A stretch of 64,000 bases of DNA, from NCBI RefSeq assembly GCF_009914755.1, contig NC_060935.1; one strand, written 5' to 3'. The stretch comes from the human T2T-CHM13v2.0 reference genome, Homo sapiens. The translations under genes were made by a program, and so were the position numbers. The notes under the pieces were generated by a model. It ran no database searches. It was not told where the DNA came from and saw only the letters and a program-made list of their open reading frames with translations. Position 1 is the stretch's first letter; the number at the start of each line of letters is the position of its first letter. Shown here one piece after another: positions 51,545 through 64,000 of this stretch.

Positions 51545-53014
51545 TTAAAAATGACAAAGAACTAGTATGGAAAAGATCATTCCAAACAAAATGAAATGTA
51601 TGTAGTAAAGGACCCAAGTTTCAAAACAGTTAACAAAATCTAAAAGAAGCCAGTATGTTTTCTTCATAACTAGACCTCTTCCTTGTCAATTTCTATTTCA
51701 GCATCCTCCACCAAAGAAACCTTGACAAACAAAACAAACAGAGTGACACATAAACAAGATGGCAGAATAGGAGATACAATCCTCTTCCCCTCACACAAAA
51801 AATCAACCGATAATTATCCATGAATGATAATAGCCTTAGTAGGACTCAAGGGACCATTTAAAAACCTGTAGCAACATAGTGAAATAAAAAATGTGGGAGG
51901 GGAATAACCACATAGAAAAGACTGTTGGAGATATGTATTAACCGACATGTCTAGAGATGTCTAGGAACAAAGAAAAGCAAGTTCTAGCATTATCAACCAT
52001 GTTATGAATGCCACCATTGTTCCCAGCAACCTGCTCTACAGAGAACACTGCCATCTTTCACTACCAAGATAATCAACAGCCATCCCCACCGTGGAGCCCC
52101 CAGAAAAGGAAACACTGCTGGACCAATGCTCCCAGAAGGGGCAACTGCTTTGTTGCCCCATGGCCAAAGCCACCATTCCTTCCAATTTTGCACATGCCTC
52201 AAACACTGGAGCCACTACTGTTATAGGTTAGCCACACCCCACACCTTAGAGCCCCAGTTGCTGTGTGTGCATACTCACTTCATGCACCAACTCCACTACA
52301 ATATTGAGCAGCTTGAGGCCCAGAGCCCAGAGTCACGGTAGCTCTGAGCAAACCTACACTCTGGACCCTAGAGCCACTGTATCTCTGCACATGCCTGGAC
52401 TTTGGCCCCCAGCTTCTCAGCTGCTTTACAAGCATCTGTGCCCCACACACAGTTATCAATGCAGCAGTGGGGCATCTACACCCAAGGCATTCATGTCATC
52501 GACACTTCAGACTCCAGAGTGATTATGCCTCTGTGCATGTCCATGCTTCAGATCTTGACTCCATGACTGTTGCACAAGCACCATGCATCTGATATCAGTG
52601 TCACCACAACTACAGGTGTACCCACTGGACACTGTGCCAAAAGTGATCTCCTCAGCCATGATTTCCCTGTGGAATAAAAAGAGATTGAGAAAACCTCAGT
52701 GGCCTTCACCACTGAAGACCCCATTAGCTCTTACTGCTGCTATTGATACCCACAGTCTTGGCTTCTAAAATCCCTGCAATCTTCACCAATGCCAACCTAA
52801 GTTGACAGAGCAGCACAAAGACTATGCCACTGCACCCTTGCCAGAGCCCAAACCGCCAAATCTCTCCCAGTCAGTGCCATAGCACTCTCCCTTAAGGGAA
52901 AGCCTTTTCCCAGTGAAACCAGCACATAAAGTCAGGAAGAGGTGACTGTTCTACCAAATGTGCAGACATCAATGAAGGATAACAGGATATATGAAAAAAC
53001 AAGGAAATATGTTA

Positions 53015-53368
<354 letters not shown>

Positions 53369-56300
53369 CTACAAACTGCCTGACAAAGAATTCAAAATAG
53401 TTGTCTTAAGGAGGCTCAGCAAACTAAAAGAGAACACAGAGAGACAACAAATTGAAACCAGTAAAACAATATATGAGCAAAACAAGAAGTTTAACAAAGA
53501 GATTAAGAATTTAAAAACTCCATAAAGCCTGGAGTGGAAGAATACAATGCATAAAATACCAAATGCAGGTCATCAGCAGAATTGATCAAACAGAAGAAAG
53601 AATTTGTAAACTTGAAGATAGATTATTTGAAAAAATAAAATCAGAGAAGAAAAAAGTAAAAAGGATAAAAAGAAATGAAGAAAGCCTATGGAGATCATCA
53701 TGGCAGAGGGGAGGCAGGACTAGATTATAATTCTGGACAGAGCAGTGTGTGGAGGCTCACATTCTGAATTTAAGCTCCAGATCAACTTTAAGAACAAACC
53801 ATCAATCTCGAGAGTACCCACAGACCCTCTGAAAGAAGTGGACTGCTCCAGCAGGACCTGGGACACACTCCAAACACCGTGACTGCCCCAACTGCAGAAG
53901 TGGGAAAGGGAGACCTCCTGTCCCGAACACACACCCCCCACTAGAGAAATTGAAGGTCTGTTTGTGGGAGAAAGTTCTGACCTTACCTGGAGCTGAGTCA
54001 ATTTAGAGAGCTGAGTGAAATACAGGGGTAAAAGAAGGATCAGAAAAGTCCTAGGAGCTCGCTAGGCCCCCAAACAGCCCATTCCTGCTTGACACCACAG
54101 GGATCCTTGGAAGGGTGGCCAGAAGAGCAAGGGGTAAAACTACACAGGGAGAAGGAAATCTTTAGCTGAGCTCTGTAACAATTTGAACAGGGCAAGAAGC
54201 CTCCTGGCCAGAACTTTGGGGAGGGCGCAAATCTGGTGTGCAGATTCCACAGGCAGGGGAACAACCAAACACCTTTCTTTCGAAGACGGGAGGCAGGTAG
54301 CCTGGGGCGAGTTTTCAAGCCCGTTTCCCCCACCACCTAAAAATAGACTCAGGGCTGCTGGGGTGGGGCATGGTGGGAGTGAGACTGGTCTTTCAGTTTG
54401 TGTGGGAGCTGGGTGAGGCCTGTGACTGCCGGCTTTCCCTGACTTCCCTAACAACTTGCATGACTCAGCAAAGGCTGCCATAATCCTCCTAGGTACACAA
54501 TTCCAATAAGCTGAGATATCTCACCCCCATCCCCTACAGAAGCCACAGCAAGACCCGCCCAAGGAGAGTCTGAGCTCAGATACCCCTAGCCCTGCCCCAC
54601 CTGATGGTTTTTCCCTACCCACTGTGGTAGCTGAAGGGCATATAATCTTGGGAGTTCTAGGGGCCCACCTACCACTAGTTCTTCTCCATACTACCACAAC
54701 TGATGCTCTCTGGAAAGTGTCACCTCCTGGCAGAAGGCCAAAAAGCACAAAAATAGAGCATTAAACTACTAAAGCTAAGAATCCTCACAGAGTCCATTTC
54801 ACCGCCCCGCCACCCCCACCCCAGCCCCCAGCTACTTGCACTGGAAGGTGCTGGTATCCTTGGCTGAGAGATCCATAGATGGTTCACATCACAGGACCCT
54901 GTGCAGACAACCCCCAGTAGCAGCCCAGAGCCAGGTAGACTAACTGGTTGGCTAGACCTAGAAGAAAGACAACAATCACAGCAGCTCAGCTCACAGGAAA
55001 CCACATCCATAGGAAAAGGGGGAGAATACTATATCAAGGGAACAACCCATGGGACAAAAGAATCTGAACAACAGCCTTGAGCCCTAGACCTTCCCTCTGA
55101 CAGAAACTACCCAAATGAGAAGGAACCAGGAAACCAGCCCTGATAATATGCTCCAAAAATCCAAACAAAATACTCCCAAAAAATCACACTAATTCACCAA
55201 TAATAGATTCAAATGAAGAAGAAATCCTTGATTACCTGAAAAAAAATTCAGGAGGTTAGTTATTAAGGTAATCAAGGAGGCACCAGAGAAAGGCGAAGCC
55301 CAATGCAAGGAAATCCAAAAAACGATACAAGAAGTGAAGGGAGAAATACACAAGGAAGTAGATAGCTTAAAGAAAAAACAATCAAATTTCAGGAAACATT
55401 GGACACATTTTTTAGAAATGTGAAATGCTCTGGAAAGTCTCAGCAATAGAATTGAACAAGTAGAAGAAAGATCCAGAGCTCAAAGACAAGGTCTTTGAAT
55501 TAACCCAATCCAACAAAGACAAAAAAAAAGAGTGAGAAAATATAAATAAAGCATCCAAGAAGTCTGAGATTATGTTAAACGACCAAACATAAGAATAATT
55601 GGTGTTCATTAGGAGGAAGAGAATTCTAAAAGCTTGGAAAACATATTTGGGGGAATAATTGAGGAAAAATTCCCTGGCCTTGCTAGAGACCTAGACATCC
55701 AAATACAAGAAACACAGAGAACACCTGGGAAATTCATCTCAAAAAGATCATCAGCTAGGTACATTGTCATCAGGTTATCCAAAGTTAAGATGAAGGAAAG
55801 AATCTGAAGAGCTGTGAGACAGAAACATCAGGTAACGTATAAAGGAAAACCCATCAGATTAACAGCAAATTTCTCAGCAGAAACCCTACAAGCTAGAAGG
55901 GATTGGGGCCCTGTCTTCAGCCTCCTCAAACACAATTATCAGCCAAGAATTTTGTATCCAGTGAAACTAAGCATCATATATGAAGGAAAGATACAGTCTT
56001 TTTCAAACAAATGATGAGAGAATTCACTATTACCAAACCACCACTAAAAGAACCGCCAAAAGGAGATCTAAATCTTGAAACAAATCCTGGAAACACATGA
56101 AAATAGCATAAATCACACAGAACCTATAAAACAAAAATACAAGTGAAAAAGCAAAAACAAAAAACAAAGCACACAGGCAACAAAGAGCACGATTAATGCA
56201 ATGATACCTCACATTTCAATACTAACATTGAACAGAACCACAGAATGGATAAGAACTCCCTGATCAACTATCTGCTGCCTTCAGGAGACCAAGCTAACAC

Positions 56301-58122
56301 ATAAGGACTCACATAAACTTACATAACTCACATAAACTTAAAGTAAAGGGGTGGAAAAAGGCATTTCATGCAAATGGACACCAAAAGAATCAATATTGTG
56401 AAAATGACCATTCTGCCAAAAAAATCTACAAATTCAATGCAATCCCATAAAAATACCACCATCATTCTTCACAGAATTAGAAAAAAAAAATTCTAAAATT
56501 CATATGGATCCAAAACAGTGCCTGCATAACCAAAGCAAGACTAAGCAAAAAGAACAAATCTGGAGGCATACCTGATTTCAAACTATACTATAAGGCCATA
56601 GTCAAAAAACAGCATGGTACTGGTATAAAAACAGGCACATAGACCAATGGAACAGAATAGAGAACCCAGAAATAAACCCAAATACTTACAGCCAACTAAT
56701 TTTCAACAAAGCAAACCAAAACATAAAGTGGGGAAAGGACACTCTTTTCAACAAGTGGTGTTGGGATAACTGGCTAGCCACATGTATGAGAATGAAACTG
56801 GATCCTCATCTCTCACCTTATACAAAATTCAACTCAAGATGGATTAAAGACTTAAGCCTAATACCTGAAACTTTTTACTTAGGAATATACCTAACCAAGG
56901 AGGTGAAAGACCTCTACAAGGAAAACTACAAATCACTGCCGAAGGAAATTATAGACAACACAAACAAATGAAAACACATCCCACACTCATGGATAGGAAG
57001 AATCATATTGTGAAAATGATCATACTGCCAAAAGCAATCTAAAATCAATGCAATTTCCAATAAAATACCACCACCATTCTTCACAGAATTAGGAAAAGCA
57101 ATTCTAAAATTCATATGGAATCAAAAAAGAGCCTGCATAACCAAAGCAAGACTAAGCAAAAAGAACAAATCTGGAGACATCACATTACCTGATTTCAAAC
57201 TATACTGTAAGACCATAGTCACCAAAACAGCATGGTACTGGCATAAAAATAAGCACATCGACCACCTTATACAAAAATCAGCCCAAGATGGATTAAGGAT
57301 TTAAATCTAAGACCTGAAACTATAAAAATTCTAGAAGATAACATTGGAAAAACCCTCCTGGACATTGGCTTAGGCAAGGATTTCATGGCCAAGAACCCAA
57401 AAGCGAATGCAGTAAAAACAAAGATAAATAGCTGGGAACTAATTAAACTAAAGAGCTTTTGCCTGGCAAAAGGAATAGTAAGCAGAGTAAACAGACAACC
57501 CACAGAGCGGGAGAAAATCTTCACAATCTATACATCTGACAAACGACTAACATCTAGAATCTACAACAAATTCAAACAAATCAGTAAGAAAAAAACAAAC
57601 AATCCCATGAAAAAGCGGGCTAAGGAAGTAAATAGACAATTCTCAAAAATAGATATACAAATGGCCAACAGATGAAAACATGCTCAACATCAATAATAAT
57701 CAGAGAAATGCAAATCAAAACCACAATGCGACTCCACCTTACTCCTGCGAGAATGGCAATAATCAAAAATAAAGAAACAGTAGGTGTTAATGTGGATGTG
57801 GTTTGGTGATCAGGGAACACTTCTACACTGCTGGTGTGAATGTAAACTAGTACAGCCACTATGGAAAACTGTGTGGAGATTCCTTAAAGAACTAAAAGTA
57901 GAATTACCATTTGATTTAGCAATCCCACTACTGGGTATCTACCCAGAGGAAAAGGAGTCATCATTCAAAAAAGATACTTGCACACGCACGTTTATTACAG
58001 CACAATTCACAATTGCAAAATTGTGAAACCAACCCAAATGTGACTGAGTTTGAGACCAGATTGGGCAACATAGCAAGACCCCTTCTGTACACCAATCAAC
58101 AAGTGGATGAAGTAACTGTAGT

Positions 58123-58429
<307 letters not shown>

Positions 58430-58590
58430 CTACCAAACCATAAAAAGGAATGCATGAAAAGCATTTGCAGAGACTTGGATGAGATTGGAGACTACTATTC
58501 TAAGTGAAGTAACTCAGGAATGGAAAACCAAACATTGTATGTTCTCACTGATATATGGGAGCTAAGCTATGAGCACATAAAGGTGTAAGA

Positions 58591-60087
58591 AGCCATCCCA
58601 TTACTGGGTATATACCCAAAGGCTTATAAAACATGCTGCTATAAAGACACATGCATACGCATGTTTATTGTGGCACTATTCACAATAGCAAAGACTTGGA
58701 ACCAACCCAAATGTCCAACAATGATAGATTGGATTAAGAAAATGTGGCACATATACACCACGGAATACTATGCAGCCATAAAAAATGATGAGTTCATGTC
58801 CTTTGTAGGGACATGGATGAAGCTGGAAACCATCATTCTCAGCAAACGATCACAAGGACAAAAAACCAAACACTGCATGTTCTCACTCATAGGTGGGAAT
58901 TGAACAATAAGAATGCTTGGACACAGTCAGGGGAACATCACACACCGGGGCCTGTTGTGGGGTGGGGGGAGTGGGGAGGGATAGCATTAGGAGATTTACC
59001 TAATGTTAAATGACGAGTTAATGGGTGCAGCACACCAACATGGCACATGTATACATATGTAACAAACCTGTACATTGTGCACATGTACCCTAAAACTTAA
59101 AGTATATATTAAAAAAAAAAGGTAGATACTAGTATGAGTTCTGTTTTATAGATATGGAAATAGAGGCTTCTGTGAGTAATATAACTTGCCTAAGGTGCTT
59201 AGCCTGGAAGACACATAATAAAGACAACAATAATAATAATAGCTATGCTTTATTCTACACTAACTGTGTGCCATAGACATGCTAAATATTTTACTTGTAT
59301 TAAATCATGGGCTTCTCATTTTTTCAACTGAGGAAACTGTGTCTGAGAAAGATGAAATAACTTGCTGTGGCTATTCAATCATTATAGAACAGAGCAGAAA
59401 TATAACTCCAGGTCTCTCTGAGTCACAGCTTTTGAGGTTAACCACGGCAATTTTACCATATAGCAGCCCCTTAATACATTTTGTTAAATCAAATTGATGC
59501 TCTAGAGAATTTTTCATTCAAACACATTAGATTTCTTCTGGAAAACATAGGTTTTACATCCTATGCACAGTGGATTTGATTTGCTTTGTAGTTTTTTCAT
59601 GGAGAAGGACCTAAAAGAGAGAACAGAGAGGAAGACTCGAGGGTTGTAGTACCCAACCTCAGTCATGCAGCCCTTATAATGAAGGCCAGCTTGCATCTCC
59701 TTGATGTGGGAACCAGAATCCACAACATCCCTTGCAGGCTCTCGAGCTGCTACACTCCATAGCCACATTTATGAAGATGGATGAAAAGCACCTCTTTTAC
59801 AGGCTTCACTGCCTAAGCAGTGGTAGTAATATAAACACCCAGTAAGAGCGGGTTGATTAAGTATGATCTGTCAACTTGATGCACCATCACGACTCTAGGA
59901 AAACAGTAATTATAAAGACTAGGGAGAAACATGCAAGAATGCTTCAAATGTTTACCGTATGATGTTAACTAAAAAAAGTACAGTGTAATGTGATTGCACC
60001 TATTTAAACTATAAATATATATGAAAATGTAAACCAAAAGTAAATAAAACAGAAATTAAACATTTGCATTAAGATGAAAAAAAAAAA
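58591..60087 (+). mobile_element. L1PA4-like 3' end (58591-59120) plus about 956 bp of 3'-transduced DNA (59121-60076) and a second poly(A)
   Basis: Two A-tails; AATAAA 60043-60048 and ATTAAA 60055-60060; short TSD AAGAA; the host L1PB 3'-UTR is contiguous across the insert. Confidence 0.75.
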
Positions 60088-61112
60088 GAATGATACAATC
60101 AACTTTGGGGACTTGTGGGGAAGAGTGGGAGAGAAGCAAGGGATAAAAGGCTAAAAATACGGTGCAGCGTATACTGCTCGTTGATGGGTGCACCAAAATC
60201 TCACAAATCACCACTAAAGAACTTACTCATGGTAACCAAATGCCACCTGTACCCCTATAACTTATGGAAAACAAATAAATAAATAAATACACAAGCCTAT
60301 GAAATTTATGAGACAGCATCAAGATAGTTAACTTTAGCATTAAAAACCTTAATGAATAAGAAGAAAGGGAAAGGGAACAGAAACCTAAAGTTAAAATGGC
60401 AGAAAACTTATCAAATCTAGGGAAAGATATAAATATCCAAGCATAGAAAAGCCAATGGTCTTCAATTAGATTCAACCCAAAGAAAACCACAAGAAGACAT
60501 ACTATAAGCAAATAGTCAAAAAATAAAGAAAAGAGAACTTTGAAAGCAGCAAAGAAAAAAATATATATACTCACATGGAAGGGAACCCCCCCAAAAGCTA
60601 TCAGTGTATTTATCAGAATAAACTGCAGGCTAGGAGAGAGCAGATAATATATTCAAAGTAGTGAAAGAACAAAAACCTGCCAATGAAGAATATTCTGCCT
60701 GGCAAAGTTGTCCTTTAGAAATGAAGGAGATAACTTTCCCAAACAAACAAAAATTAAGGGAGTTCATAAATACTAGACCTGTCTTACATAAAATGATAAA
60801 GGGAGTTCTTCAAGCTGAAATAAAAGGATCCTAATTAGTAGCATAAAAGCATATGAAAGTAAAAACTCATGGTAAAAGTAAGTACAACATCATATTGTAA
60901 TGATGATGTGGACATCAATTATATCTCTAGTATAAAAGTTAAGACACAAAACTATATCAATAACTATAGCTACGATAATTTATAAAAAGATACACAATAT
61001 AAAAAGAAATAAATTATGACATAAACCTAAAATGTGGAGGGGGGGGATAAAAGTGTAGTATTTTTATATGCAATCAAAGTTAAGTTGTTATCTGCTTAAA
61101 ATAAACTGATAT

Positions 61113-62174
<1,062 letters not shown>

Positions 62175-63368
62175 AATAAACTGATATAACTATAAAGTAT
62201 TTTCAGTAAGCCTCATGGTAATCAAAATCAAACATCTATCATGAATATACAAAACATGAAAAGAAATCAAAGCATACCACTACAGAAAATCAACAAATTG
62301 TAAAGAAAAATGGCAATGGAGGAATAAAGGGATCTACAAAACAGCCAGAACATAATTAGCAAAATGACAATAGTAAGTTCTTACTTATTAATAACCATTT
62401 TAAATGTAAATAAGTTCTTCTATCAAAGAATTACTAAATGGATAAAAAACAAAAAGACCCAACTAAATGCTGCCAACAGAAACTCACTTAAGCTTTAAGG
62501 ACATATATAAATTAAGAGCGAAGGGATGAAAAAAGATTTTCCATGCAAATGGAAACCATAAGAGAGAAGAAGTAGCTATACTTATATCACACAAAATAGA
62601 CTTTAAGTCAAAAACTACAAAAAGGAATGAAGAAGGTTATTATAAAATGATAAAGGGAACAATCCATCAAGAGGCTACTACAATTATAAACATACATGCA
62701 CCCAACATCAGAACACCGTAATACGTGAAGCAAATAATAGGTGTTTAGGGAAAAACATACAGCAATTGATAATACAACGGACTTCAATACCTCACTTTCA
62801 ACAATGCATAGATCATTCAGGAATAAAATCAATAAGAAAACATTGGATTGAATTAGGGTTTAGAGTGAATAAAACTAACAGACCTAAAAGGTAATTTCAT
62901 CCCTGCAGACCTACAGAGCATTTCATCCCACAGCAGCATATGTGGAACATTCTCTATAACAGATTATATATTGAGCCAAAAAACGAGTCTTAAAAATTTA
63001 AGAGGATTGCAGTTTTATCAAGTGTCTTTTCCAACTGCAATGGTAATTAGAAAACAATAGGAGAAATTTCAGAAAACTGACAAGTATGTAAAAATCAAGA
63101 ACACATGCTTGAACAACCAATGGGTCAAACATGAAATCCAAGGGAAATTTTAAAATATCTTGACACAAACAAAAATGAACACACAACATACCAAACATAT
63201 AGGATGGATGAAAAACCGCTATAAGAGGAAAGTTTTAGTGATAAATGCCACCCATGAAGAAAAGAGAAATATATGAAATAAACAACCTAAGTATACACTT
63301 TAGTAAACTAGAAAAAAAAATGAAAGTAAATACAAAGCTAGTAGAAATAAGGAAATAACAAAAATCAA

Positions 63369-63660
63369 GTCAGACACAATGGTTCACACCTATAACCCCA
63401 GCACTTTGGAAGGCCAAGGCAGGAGAATCACTTGAGGCCAGGAGTTTGAGACCAGACTGGGCAACATAGCAAGACCCGTTCTGTATAAAAAATTTAAAAA
63501 TTAGCCTGGTGTAATGGTGTGCACCTATTGTCTCAGCTACTAGGAAGGCTGAGGCAGGAGGGTCACTTGAGCCCAGGAGCTTGGAGCTGCAGTGAGCCAT
63601 GATTGTATCACTGCACTCCACAAAGTAGAGACTCTGTCTCTAAAATAATAATAATGGTAA
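63369..63660 (+). mobile_element. AluJ
   Basis: Dimeric Alu with a (TAA)n tail. Confidence 0.85.
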
Positions 63661-64000
63661 TAACAACAAAGATCAGAGCGAAATTAAATAAAATGGGGAC
63701 TAAAAGAACAATAGAAAAGAACAATAAAACTAAGAGTTAGCTTTTTGAAAAGATAAACAGTTGACGAAACTTTAAATAAAATAAAAATAATTTATAAATT
63801 ATAAAAAATTATAAATGAAAGATGATACATTATAACTGATATCACAGAAATGAAAAGGATAATGAGATGACTATGAATGATTATACACTAACAAATTGAA
63901 TAACCTAGAAGTAGTGGATAAATTACTGGAAATATATAATCTACAAAGACTCATTAAGAAGTAGAAAAGCTGAATAGATCAATAACAAGTACGGACATTG

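Overview
Human (primate) genomic DNA, AT-rich and dominated by repeats, from the OR5B olfactory-receptor cluster (11q12.1, from recall). Three intact single-coding-exon class II ORs lie on the minus strand: OR5B3 (8881-9825), OR5B2 (30253-31182) and OR5B12 (47113-48057). Most of the rest is nested LINE-1 of many ages, Alu, LTR (MER9, MLT, MST, MER31/67-like), MIR/L2 and Tigger fossils; all other long ORFs are L1 ORF2 remnants or spurious. I found no RNA gene, CRISPR array or clearly new gene system. Most notable: (1) a four-copy upstream module with two O/E(EBF)-like sites, a homeodomain site at fixed spacing and a homologous 5'-UTR splice donor, including an orphan copy with a dead donor; (2) a very young human-specific L1HS Ta-1 insertion in the inferred OR5B3 5'-UTR intron; (3) an L1 3' transduction carrying about 0.95 kb of foreign DNA into an L1PB; (4) an 80-bp near-identical inverted copy of the OR5B3 3' flank 6 kb away; (5) a mosaic OR5B2 upstream region; (6) an apparently non-reference OR haplotype. 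Repeat boundaries and subfamily names are by eye and approximate.
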